Source of the DNA: a virus
Taxonomy: Duplodnaviria > Caudoviricetes
Virus record (IMG/VR): IMGVR_UViG_3300037140_000067
Coordinates: 1-52,429 of that record
Length of the DNA: 52,429 nucleotides
Direction: 5' to 3' (one strand)
This document shows, one piece after another, positions 36,537 through 45,137 of the stretch. The notes under the pieces were generated by a model. The model saw nothing but the letters and a program-made list of their open reading frames with translations, made no database searches and was not told the DNA's origin. Every line of letters begins with the position of its first letter. Positions within the stretch are counted from its first letter, which is position 1. A program made the position numbers and the translations under genes.

Positions 36537-37351
36537 GTCTCAGCCCTTCATTCCGGCTACCTCCTTTTATCGCACCCGGCAACGCTCACCCCGAAGTGAT
36601 CGAGGCGGTGAACTATGCGGCGGACGGCATCACGGACTTGAACCAAGCGATCACGTCGCTCAAGACGCAAATCGACGCCAAGGCCAGCGCGACCACGACC
36701 GCAACAACCGCGACCAACACAACATCATCGACCGAGAACGTCACGAACGCCACCATCGGCGGAGGGCCAGTAAACAATCAGACGGGAGTGGCGGCGTACA
36801 CCACGGCGCAGACGGACGATGGGGCGCTCCTGATCTTCGCGGACGCCTCCCCGGTTGCGGTGACGCTCAACAACTCCGTGACGCTTCCCTGGTACTGCTT
36901 TGCACTGAACGCCGGAGCGGGACTCGTAACCCTCACCCCTCAGCAGAACACGATCAACGGCAACGCTTCGGAGACGGTGATTCAGGGCTACTTTGCCGTC
37001 ATATTCTTCGATGGCACGAACTGGTGGTCATCGAACATCCCCATCGTGCCGGTGAACACCCCCGGCGTGGCGCATGAATGGGTAGCGAGCTATAACGCAG
37101 CGACGGGAGCGTTTAGCTTGAGTCAGCCCGCCTACTCTGATTTGACGGGTACGCCGCAACTGCCGAACACGGCTACGCCTGTCGCTGGCGAATACCTGAC
37201 CGGATACAACGCCGGGACGGGGAACTTTTCTCAATCGACTCCGGCGGGACTCAGCGTTACAATCACGACAGCCGCGCTCACGTCGCTCGGCACGCAGGGG
37301 AGCATGACATTCACGGCGGGGCTGCTTACCGCCCAGACGCCAGCAACATAG
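36533..37351 (+). CDS. Tail needle/fibre-like protein (272 aa)
   Basis: N-terminal coiled coil followed by a YT...D.G.L...VTL...FDGTNW fibre module. Confidence 0.6.
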   Translation: MSLSPSFRLPPFIAPGNAHPEVIEAVNYAADGITDLNQAITSLKTQIDAKASATTTATTATNTTSSTENVTNATIGGGPVNNQTGVAAYTTAQTDDGALLIFADASPVAVTLNNSVTLPWYCFALNAGAGLVTLTPQQNTINGNASETVIQGYFAVIFFDGTNWWSSNIPIVPVNTPGVAHEWVASYNAATGAFSLSQPAYSDLTGTPQLPNTATPVAGEYLTGYNAGTGNFSQSTPAGLSVTITTAALTSLGTQGSMTFTAGLLTAQTPAT

Positions 37352-37357
37352 GAGCAC

Positions 37358-37882
37358 ATGATGGGCGCATGGCTATCAGGCATATTCACAGGAAATGACC
37401 CGACCCTAAGCCAAAACATCGGCAAGTTCGGGAGCGAGGGTGACTTCGCCACGGGTACAGGGCAGGGCGACGTCACCGCTGCATCGAATTTCTACACCGG
37501 CATACTTAGCGGCGACCAGACCAAAGAGGCTGAGGCACTTGCCCCGGAGATTGGGGCGATCAAAGGCCAAGCCCAGCAACAGAAGAAGACCATCGCCAAC
37601 AACTCCACCCGCAGCGGCGGCACAGCGGCGGAAGCAGGCGCGATTGACGATAAGGTGACAGGCGACATTACTGGGCTGCTTGGCAGCGAGAAGTCGTCGG
37701 CCGCGAGCGGGGCGGCATCGCTTGGCACGTCGGAACAGAGCCTCGGGTTGCAGTCGCAGGCAGAGCAAGACAAAGCCGCGCAGCAGCAGCTTGAGAACTG
37801 GAAGAAATCGCTCTTCGGGGATGCCATCACCACGGGCGCGGGAGCGGCTGAAGGCGCGGGACTTGCCGCGATAGGGATATAA
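37358..37882 (+). CDS. DNA ejection/pilot protein (putative)
   Basis: G/A/Q-rich, Cys-free; AGGAG RBS; position. Confidence 0.6.
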   Translation: MMGAWLSGIFTGNDPTLSQNIGKFGSEGDFATGTGQGDVTAASNFYTGILSGDQTKEAEALAPEIGAIKGQAQQQKKTIANNSTRSGGTAAEAGAIDDKVTGDITGLLGSEKSSAASGAASLGTSEQSLGLQSQAEQDKAAQQQLENWKKSLFGDAITTGAGAAEGAGLAAIGI

Positions 37883-37883
37883 C

Positions 37884-39347
37884 ATGGGCGGATTCAGTCA
37901 AGGCTTTGCGCAAGGTTCGGGAGAGGTTGACGCCCGCAAGTCGCGCAGCAACCAACTCGAAGACGAGCAGCGCCGCACCAAGCAGGACGCCCTCGGCCAG
38001 CAGCTTGCCACCGGAGCCATCACCGCCCCGCAGTACGGCTCTGGCGTGAGCGATCTCTACGCCCATGAACCAGCCGAATCGAGGCTGGGGCGGATTCACC
38101 GTGGATTGGAGCGCGCGGTCGGGATGAAGAAGCAGGCTGACCAGCAGAAGGCCCAGGCCGACGCCAAGCTCGCATCGCAGCCATCCCCCAAGGCCGACTA
38201 TGCCAACATCCAAGCGGGGGCCAAGAGTCCGCAAGACTTGGCGGCGGAGAAGCAGACCCAGGCCATTTCGACGTTCACGCAGGAAGGCGACATCGGAAAT
38301 AAGCAGGCGGCGGAAGCGGCTGACACGACGCGGCAAGCGACCGTCGCGCTCATCGACAAGTACGTTACCGATCCGGAGGCGAACAAGGCGGCAAAGCAGG
38401 AGTACGCACAGAAGCAGGCTGGCATCTTCGGCTCGCCCAAGCCCCTGACCGGAGCGGCAGGCGAGCCGGTGGAATACCCTCCCGGAAGTGGCCAATATGC
38501 TCAGGCCGTCAGCAACCCGGACGGAACCCGCACAATGATGCCGATGCCGCTGGGTTGGAAGCCGCCCGCGCCCAAGCCGTCCACGTCGCCCGCTGGGATC
38601 TACACGAACCTGTTGGCGAAGAAGATTATGGCCGACAATAAAACAGGCCCGCCACTCACGCCGCAGGAAAGCGCGTCGCTGCAATCGAGCAAGAGCGCGA
38701 TGACCATCCCCGGAATAGCGCGGGCGGAAGCATGGGCGAGGGCTTCGGCTGCCAACAATCTGGTAGTGTCAACTGACCCCAGTACCGGAATGGATGTCCT
38801 CGTTTCGAGAGCGCAAGGGGTAGCGGCGACGAATGCGGGACAGCCGATGACGGCGGGCGTCGTCGGAGCGCCAACCGGCAACGACAAAAAGAATCAGATG
38901 CTCGCGCAGTCGGCCATCGCGCAGGTTGACAGGATGCAAAGTATACTGCGCCAAGACCCCAACCTCACCGGGCCGGGTGCGGGGCAACTGACAACCTTGC
39001 AGACATGGTTGGGGACGCAAGACCCAGACGCTCAGGCATTTATTGTTTCGTCTCTGCTGGGGTCTGAGCATGGAGTCGCGGTGTTCGGCGGTCGCAACAT
39101 CCACACAATTTCTGATCTGCAATCTGCCATCGGGAGCATGAAAACAAACCCCAAGGCTCTCGCGGCGGCGCTCCAAGTGATAAAGGAAACGATGCAGCCG
39201 TGGACAACGGCGAACGGCAGACTTCCAGCACCGAGAAATGCAACGGGCGGAGGAACGCACTCATACGCCATCGATGGCGCGGGGAAGCGGCATAAGGTAC
39301 TCGACTCCAAGGCGCAACTCCCGCAAGGCTGGAAGTGGGGTGACTGA
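37884..39347 (+). CDS. DNA ejection protein (putative, 487 aa)
   Basis: MGGFSQGFAQG start; A/Q-rich helical; position. Confidence 0.6.
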   Translation: MGGFSQGFAQGSGEVDARKSRSNQLEDEQRRTKQDALGQQLATGAITAPQYGSGVSDLYAHEPAESRLGRIHRGLERAVGMKKQADQQKAQADAKLASQPSPKADYANIQAGAKSPQDLAAEKQTQAISTFTQEGDIGNKQAAEAADTTRQATVALIDKYVTDPEANKAAKQEYAQKQAGIFGSPKPLTGAAGEPVEYPPGSGQYAQAVSNPDGTRTMMPMPLGWKPPAPKPSTSPAGIYTNLLAKKIMADNKTGPPLTPQESASLQSSKSAMTIPGIARAEAWARASAANNLVVSTDPSTGMDVLVSRAQGVAATNAGQPMTAGVVGAPTGNDKKNQMLAQSAIAQVDRMQSILRQDPNLTGPGAGQLTTLQTWLGTQDPDAQAFIVSSLLGSEHGVAVFGGRNIHTISDLQSAIGSMKTNPKALAAALQVIKETMQPWTTANGRLPAPRNATGGGTHSYAIDGAGKRHKVLDSKAQLPQGWKWGD

Positions 39348-41302
39348 TGGCACCCAAGACACAATCCGCTCCGGGTTTTGGCCCCGCCGAAGACGACACC
39401 CCAGCCGGGTTTGGCCCCGCCGAAGACGCAGCGCCCGCGCCGAAGGATGACGCCGCGCCTGCCGACACACGTAACGCCTTTCAGCGCGGCGTAGATACGC
39501 TATCTACTGTGACTCCCGAACAGAGGGCAGGGCACGGGCATATCTTCAATGCCGCGCAAACCTTCGGAGCCAATGTGATTGGCGCGGCAGCGGCTCCCAT
39601 CGCGCATCCCATTCAGACGGCCAAGAGCATCTTTCTGGCGACTCCGCTCGGGGCGGGTATCGATCCGCGTGGCGCATTCGAAGCCAACCCAGTCGTCCAG
39701 GGGGTGAAACAGATCAAAGAACAGGGGGCAGAGCAGGCTATCCCTGCCATCGCCGGCCAGGTAGCGGGTGGCGCTATCGCCGGAGAGTCGGCGGGCGGGG
39801 CGATGGGACTCGCTCCCCGCGTTCTCCGTGGCACCGCCGATGCCATCTCAGGCACCGGGCCGCGTGTGACGAAGGCGCTGGTGAAGGAAACGACCGCAGC
39901 CAATACAGCGGATGCGGCACAGACAGTAAAGGATAACAACATCGAATCGCTCAAGGCCGAAGCGAAGCGCCGCACCGAACTAAGCAAGCACGCGGCGGAC
40001 ACAGCTACGCACGAAGCGGGCAAAGTCGAGTCCAACGCAAAGCTCCAGAAAGACCTCGCTGCGCAGCGCGAGATTGCCCCCACCGAAAAGAAGCTCGCCG
40101 ACGCGAAGAGTGCGCGGCAAGCTGCGGTCGAGACGGCGCGGGAGAATGCTCGCAGGGTAGGCAACGAAAAGTACGGAGTGGTTCACACCCTCATGGACGA
40201 TCTTCCTGCCAGAGATGGCTTCTACGGGGATGTCACCAAGCAAGCCGAACATGGAATCTCTGGGTCTAAGGGTGCTCCAACAATCCTAAAAGCGATGGCT
40301 AAACGGATGGAGAGCGGGAAGCCTGTTGTGTACCAAGACCTGCAAAGCGACTACTCCACGCTCGGCAACGAACTCTCGAAAGGAACGCTCCCCGGAGACG
40401 TTTTCACCACCTATAGCGATATGCACGATGCTATTGGCGAAGAAATGCAGCGCATGGCTGACTCCGAGGGTACTCCGGTAGACCTGACCAAAGTTCCACG
40501 CAGGATGGTGGAAGGAATCCCAACGGATGAGCCCGCATATAAAACAGACATAGGGAAGCATGTTTACGATACCCGAAACTACTGGCGATTGATGAAGCAG
40601 ACGTTTGGCAAGACGAAAATAATCAATGACGCCGCGACTAAGGCTATCGGCGGAGCAAAAGACGAAGCGCAAGATAACCAGATGCGGCTACTCGGATCAT
40701 TCGACCCGCAGATTCCGCAGATCCACTCTCTCGTCAACACATTGGAGGCAAGGGCGAAGGCTCTGCCCAAGCCTGTACCGGAGCGCGTACTAACGCGAAA
40801 CGTCGCTGAGGCCCGCACTGCACCCCCCAAACTCGACCTCACGCCCCGGCCAGAGCCGAAGCTACCCGCTCCCCGAAAGATCAATGCAGAGGACGTGCAG
40901 CCCGCCAAGAAAGAGGCAAGGTTGAATCGGGCAGATACATTCAGAACTCGGGGCGGCGGACTGGCGAGTACCTTCCTCGTACTGGATGCCATCCGAAATG
41001 CCTTTCACGGCAACATCGGCGCAATCGGAGAGGACATTGGGGCGAGAGCCGCGTTCGGGGTTGGCAAGCAGTCGCTAGCTCGTCTGTTGGAGAATCCTAA
41101 GGTGGCGGCATGGCTCGACCAAGCGAGCGAGCGCGATGTAGCGGCTATTCCCCCAGAACTGCGCGGGAACTTCCCCGCCCTCGTCAAAGCGGCACAGGCG
41201 AAGGGCGTCAAGGTCAGTCCCGCGCTGCTCGGCATCGCCGCGGTGAGCGGCCTTCCAGCCCCCCGCGCCCAGAACCCCACAGACGCCTATGCTTCTCAGT
41301 AG
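39347..41302 (+). CDS. DNA ejection protein (putative, 651 aa)
   Basis: A/G/K-rich, Cys-free; N-terminal GFGPAED duplication. Confidence 0.6.
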   Translation: MAPKTQSAPGFGPAEDDTPAGFGPAEDAAPAPKDDAAPADTRNAFQRGVDTLSTVTPEQRAGHGHIFNAAQTFGANVIGAAAAPIAHPIQTAKSIFLATPLGAGIDPRGAFEANPVVQGVKQIKEQGAEQAIPAIAGQVAGGAIAGESAGGAMGLAPRVLRGTADAISGTGPRVTKALVKETTAANTADAAQTVKDNNIESLKAEAKRRTELSKHAADTATHEAGKVESNAKLQKDLAAQREIAPTEKKLADAKSARQAAVETARENARRVGNEKYGVVHTLMDDLPARDGFYGDVTKQAEHGISGSKGAPTILKAMAKRMESGKPVVYQDLQSDYSTLGNELSKGTLPGDVFTTYSDMHDAIGEEMQRMADSEGTPVDLTKVPRRMVEGIPTDEPAYKTDIGKHVYDTRNYWRLMKQTFGKTKIINDAATKAIGGAKDEAQDNQMRLLGSFDPQIPQIHSLVNTLEARAKALPKPVPERVLTRNVAEARTAPPKLDLTPRPEPKLPAPRKINAEDVQPAKKEARLNRADTFRTRGGGLASTFLVLDAIRNAFHGNIGAIGEDIGARAAFGVGKQSLARLLENPKVAAWLDQASERDVAAIPPELRGNFPALVKAAQAKGVKVSPALLGIAAVSGLPAPRAQNPTDAYASQ

Positions 41303-42284
41303 TGAACTAATCGCCACCGACGAACTTTGTCCAAGGCGCGTGGTGTGGTCGAATCGCTACCAACTCCCCCGCGTCTCGCTCATGGGCGCACTCTACCGCG
41401 CCGTGGATGCCGGTCTGCGGGCCGAGAAAGACCCTGAACGGGCGGCGGAGTCTGAATTCATTGGACTTGCCTCCCGCCCCGGCTTGGATGTGACCGGCCC
41501 GAACGTCTACGCCATCGGATTTCACCACGCCAAGCTCGCTGGAATCCTCAGCGTGGCTCTCAGAAGCGCGTTTCCTGAGCCCTGGAAGCCCGTCCCTGAT
41601 GCCAAACTCGTTCTGAATGGTTATCCCACCCACCCGTGGCGCTCGGCCTGCTACGACGCAGGGGACGGCGCCGTGAGGCGGGTTGTGCTGGTCGATCGAT
41701 GGTCAGACGACCGCAAGGCCCAGGAAGCGCGTTCCTGGCGCACCATCGGGGAAGCATGCGCCCTGCGCAAGCCCATTCTGCTTACCGCCGTGACCATCGG
41801 GGGATCGAAGGACGGCCGGCGGAGTTCCCCGTGGACCCGCTGCTACCAGCATCCCAAGAGCCGTCAGTACCGATTCAAGCGGAAGACGTCGACTGAGGAC
41901 TTTGGGGCGACGTGGAAACCCATCTGGCGCGAGGATGCCGGGTTCCCGACTGCGGACTGGCTGACCCGGATGAAGAAGGATGGATGCATGGCGGACGTGG
42001 TGGACACGCTTACGGTGCCAATGCCGACGCGCCGGGACGCCTACGTGCAAGAAATGATGCGACACGCTGGTGATATGGAACGCTGGCATGAGCGGTTGGG
42101 GGAGACGCCACCGATGCGGCTGGCGGGGTGCTACGGGTGGAGTCCATGTGTATTTCTGAATGTTTGCCACGGCTCGGCTGCACCATCACCTGAGGCGTAC
42201 AATTTTGTTCGCTTACCCCTAAAATCAGCCGCCGCGCCGAGTCTGAACGGCAGTGCGATAGTTGCGCCATCAGAGCATCGGTAA
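41289..42284 (+). CDS. Cas4/AddB-like PD-(D/E)XK-fold protein, apparently degenerate
   Basis: N-terminal CPRR and C-terminal CYGWSPCVFLNVC (Fe-S cluster-like); no clear D-x-K motif. Confidence 0.5.
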   Translation: MLLSSELIATDELCPRRVVWSNRYQLPRVSLMGALYRAVDAGLRAEKDPERAAESEFIGLASRPGLDVTGPNVYAIGFHHAKLAGILSVALRSAFPEPWKPVPDAKLVLNGYPTHPWRSACYDAGDGAVRRVVLVDRWSDDRKAQEARSWRTIGEACALRKPILLTAVTIGGSKDGRRSSPWTRCYQHPKSRQYRFKRKTSTEDFGATWKPIWREDAGFPTADWLTRMKKDGCMADVVDTLTVPMPTRRDAYVQEMMRHAGDMERWHERLGETPPMRLAGCYGWSPCVFLNVCHGSAAPSPEAYNFVRLPLKSAAAPSLNGSAIVAPSEHR

Positions 42285-42372
42285 ACTCGTGGCTGCGATT
42301 CTCTGGCATCTTGAACCGCATCATCCACGCCTCGCGCACGGGGTCGGGTGGACGGCCTACCGGGTTGCTCAT
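42010..42372 (-). CDS. Hypothetical protein (120 aa), tail antisense to the 41289 gene
   Basis: AAGGAG RBS; ATGA overlap with the HNH gene. Confidence 0.55.
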   Translation of the reverse strand: MSNPVGRPPDPVREAWMMRFKMPENRSHEFTDALMAQLSHCRSDSARRLILGVSEQNCTPQVMVQPSRGKHSEIHMDSTRSTPPAASVASPPTAHASVPYHQRVASFLARRRPGASALAP

Positions 42373-42608
42373 GCCTTGCTCCTTACCGACTTCGGGTTGT
42401 GTTCCTCGACAAGATGGTGCGTTGCACACTTCGTTTTTACGTTCTCCAACGTGTCAGGACCGCCACGCCCACGGCTGACAATGTGCGCCATGTGGCCAGA
42501 AGTCCAGCTCACCCGCTCATTGCAAACAGTACAGCGCCAGCCGTCGCGCTCGAAGCATCGGCGGCGCAGCATTGCCATGTCCGGGCCTTTCAATCGGACG
42601 GGCCTCAT
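42369..42608 (-). CDS. HNH endonuclease (79 aa)
   Basis: RDGWRCTVC...HIVSRGRGGPDTLENVKTKCATHH. Confidence 0.88.
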   Translation of the reverse strand: MRPVRLKGPDMAMLRRRCFERDGWRCTVCNERVSWTSGHMAHIVSRGRGGPDTLENVKTKCATHHLVEEHNPKSVRSKA

Positions 42609-42934
42609 GCTAGTACCTCCCTCATGTCGTCGATCGCCGTAGCTGCCGTCACCATCGCAGTCGAGTAGCGATAGACCTTCCAGCCAAGCCGAGTGGCCAT
42701 ATTGTATTTTCGGCAATCCCCTTCAAATCCTTCGCCGCGGCTGTGTCGCGACTTTCCGAACCTCGTTCCCCCTTCAATCTCGACTGCGATTTTATGCTCC
42801 GGCCAGGCGAAGTCGAAAGCCCACTGGCGACCGGGGCAGAATTTGTACTCACGCTCCGGGGTGAGGTTGTGCGCCTTACAGTGGAGCGCAAACGTGCATT
42901 CGCCCACACTCAGCGCCTTCGGTAGCTTGCTCAC
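42605..42934 (-). CDS. Vsr/DUF559-like PD-(D/E)XK endonuclease
   Basis: EYKF...FDFAWPEHKIAVEIEGG...H...D..K.N.A...GWKVYR. Confidence 0.85.
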   Translation of the reverse strand: MSKLPKALSVGECTFALHCKAHNLTPEREYKFCPGRQWAFDFAWPEHKIAVEIEGGTRFGKSRHSRGEGFEGDCRKYNMATRLGWKVYRYSTAMVTAATAIDDMREVLA

Positions 42935-43470
42935 TTAGTGGCCTTCTCTGCTGCCTCGTATGCAGCGAGATTGGCTTCGGCTGCTTCGGCGCGTTGCTTC
43001 CAATGATAAGTAGAGCGATCACAACCATCTATCTGATCGTCAAGCTGTAGCACCTTCTCCTGCAATACATCCAGTTCTGCGATGAATCTGAGGCAATCTG
43101 TTGCCAATTCTCGGCATGTCGAATCATATTGAGACGTGCATTTTGCGATGAAGTGGTAATATTCCGGTTCGTGATCGTAAGGTGGCATCTCCGGCATCGG
43201 AGCTTCGGGTGGCAACGGCTGGACAGGATAGTCCGCCGCGCATCCGCAGAGATGACCTCGAACTAAACCGCACGGGCATAGTCCATTGATACGGCTGGCG
43301 GCGTCGTCCCACGCCTTAGCTTCTGAAGTTCCTGAGCCCAAGAATGTGCACGAAGGGGAGTTGCGCGAGTAAATGTTCCAGTCGCCAGCCACCTCGGTAC
43401 ATTCTAGACACTCCGCATCCGGCCACACCTCTAGCACCCGCTTTTCCTCTTTGCTCGTCAGTTTGTTCAT
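42931..43470 (-). CDS. Hypothetical protein with C-terminal coiled coil
   Basis: Overlap chain; RAEAAEA tail. Confidence 0.7.
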   Translation of the reverse strand: MNKLTSKEEKRVLEVWPDAECLECTEVAGDWNIYSRNSPSCTFLGSGTSEAKAWDDAASRINGLCPCGLVRGHLCGCAADYPVQPLPPEAPMPEMPPYDHEPEYYHFIAKCTSQYDSTCRELATDCLRFIAELDVLQEKVLQLDDQIDGCDRSTYHWKQRAEAAEANLAAYEAAEKATK

Positions 43471-43655
43471 ACCCACTCTCCTGTAACTTGATGGAACTCC
43501 TCACGGTAGATGCCCGACGGCTTCCATGTTGTACATGCCGGCGGCGGAACACCTTTATAGTGCGCACACAGAAATTCGAATCCACACAGCCGTACCATAA
43601 TCGGTGCCCACGGTATCTGCGGCGGTTCACTGCTCCAACTTCTCCACTCTTCCAC
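43467..43655 (-). CDS. Hypothetical protein (62 aa)
   Basis: GGAGG RBS; ATGA overlap with the downstream gene. Confidence 0.5.
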   Translation of the reverse strand: MEEWRSWSSEPPQIPWAPIMVRLCGFEFLCAHYKGVPPPACTTWKPSGIYREEFHQVTGEWV

Positions 43656-43872
43656 GTTCCCTCCATTCCTCCATCGCTCGGATGACTACCGGGTTGTGCC
43701 CGATGTGCCACATCTTTCCGCAACGATAGACTCCAAGCGCGTAGTTCTTGCCGAACATCCTGCCCTTCCAGTGCCCCCGCATGACCCGGCCTAACGCGGC
43801 TCGCGCCGCCTCCTCGGTGCGATAGAGGACTTTATTGCACGACGCGCAAATCTTCCGAGGTATCCTGCTCAC
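43627..43872 (-). CDS. Hypothetical Zn-binding phage protein
   Basis: C..CNK.LYRTEEAA...VYRCGKMWHIGH; AGGAGG RBS. Confidence 0.7.
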   Translation of the reverse strand: MSRIPRKICASCNKVLYRTEEAARAALGRVMRGHWKGRMFGKNYALGVYRCGKMWHIGHNPVVIRAMEEWRERGRVEKLEQ

Positions 43873-44452
43873 GAGACTCCTCCTGCCACGCATGTAGTGC
43901 CATCGCAGCCAGTAATTCCAGCGCATCGTTCCGGTTGGCTGCGCCGTGCTCCATCGCCAAGTCTAGAGCCTCCTCGATCTTTTCCGCCGCCGATTCGTCA
44001 GGGTTGAACCGCAGTGCCCGCTTGTGCTCAATATGCTGGTTGGGGAAGTCCCGCCGGATCGTTCCAACAAACTCCTCCGCGCGTTGCGTCTTGGCCGCTT
44101 CGAGCACGGCTGGCGTCCGGCGTACCCGGCTGCTCAACTGCTTCAACGTGTGGAAGTTCGATGCAGGGATCTGTGCCAGGTCAGCCGCGGGAACGTCCGC
44201 AAGCTCCTCACAGTCGCGCAGGGCCGCGTAGACGACCGAGTATCCACGGGGGGCCGCGTAGCGCACCCACGAGGCGAAGGACGTGCATCCGGGTACGTGC
44301 TTCCAGAGCATTCGTCTCTCGACGGTCAGAGCCATCAATCCGAGACTGGCGTAGCGTAGGGGTTCCGTCTCGTCCCACTCGCGGATGAGGCTGGAGATGA
44401 GGGTCGCGGCTTCGGGGTCGGGAAGGGCGAGGTAGTCCTGCGTGGGGGTCAT
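43832..44452 (-). CDS. Hypothetical protein (206 aa)
   Basis: ATGA overlap; helical. Confidence 0.75.
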   Translation of the reverse strand: MTPTQDYLALPDPEAATLISSLIREWDETEPLRYASLGLMALTVERRMLWKHVPGCTSFASWVRYAAPRGYSVVYAALRDCEELADVPAADLAQIPASNFHTLKQLSSRVRRTPAVLEAAKTQRAEEFVGTIRRDFPNQHIEHKRALRFNPDESAAEKIEEALDLAMEHGAANRNDALELLAAMALHAWQEESREQDTSEDLRVVQ

Positions 44453-44640
44453 GCTTCGCCATCCTCGATCATCTGCGCCATCATTTCGGCGGTGTGGCAT
44501 TCAGACCGTAGATGCTCACCCGGCATACAGCACCGTCCGGGGAAGCAGCATCCGGTGTCGTTTTCCTCATCGTCGCGGTCGCATACACACGGGTAGCAAT
44601 AACATTCGTCGCAGTAGTGAACAGGTGGACCCATTACCAT
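44449..44640 (-). CDS. Cys-rich small protein (63 aa)
   Basis: AAGGAG RBS; CDECYCYPCVC...CC...CC. Confidence 0.65.
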   Translation of the reverse strand: MVMGPPVHYCDECYCYPCVCDRDDEENDTGCCFPGRCCMPGEHLRSECHTAEMMAQMIEDGEA

Positions 44641-45137
44641 CGTCTCTCCTTCGCTACCGCTGGCAGCATCCTGCGAGATAAGCAGTGATCCGCAGCGGCG
44701 ATACGTTCGGTTGTGGCTCTCAAGATACCTTCCCAAATGCGGTTAGGTTTGTTCGATAAAACGATAGCGCAAGCGGCGATCACTGTCACATCCTTGTCAC
44801 GGTCCTCGCGGGTGTAGCCGTTCTCGATGAAGCGGAGTATCCACGTCCCAATGCGGAGTTCGCTGGCCCTCTTCTCTGCGACCTCCCGCTGGCGTTGGGC
44901 CTCCCGCCACTCCTTCGGGTCACGCTTGGCGAACAGCGTATCCTTCCACGTTAGCCCTACCGCAGCCAGCACGTCGTCAGACTCGCACCCTGCGAAACAG
45001 TGGACGGTGGAGCGCTCGTCATCGGCGTAGATGGCCAGCGTGAGGCTCTTGCCCTTATGGACTGGGCATCGGGCCCTCCACGCCTTGCCCTCGCGCCGGG
45101 GGCGGTCGAACATGCGGGCTAGGGCTTCCGTGGTCAT
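44634..45137 (-). CDS. Primase-type CHC2 zinc-finger protein (no catalytic domain)
   Basis: WRARCPVH...SL.....HCFAGC...DVLAAVGL. Confidence 0.8.
   Translation of the reverse strand: MTTEALARMFDRPRREGKAWRARCPVHKGKSLTLAIYADDERSTVHCFAGCESDDVLAAVGLTWKDTLFAKRDPKEWREAQRQREVAEKRASELRIGTWILRFIENGYTREDRDKDVTVIAACAIVLSNKPNRIWEGILRATTERIAAADHCLSRRMLPAVAKERRW

Noticed and set aside
39370-39428. CRISPR-like repeat (TTTGGCCCCGCCGAAGACG twice)
   Set aside because: Only two copies, in frame, encoding GFGPAED. No spacer array or cas operon.
41289-42284. CRISPR-Cas system implied by the Cas4-like gene
   Set aside because: No array or other cas genes. Stand-alone Cas4-like genes are common in phages.
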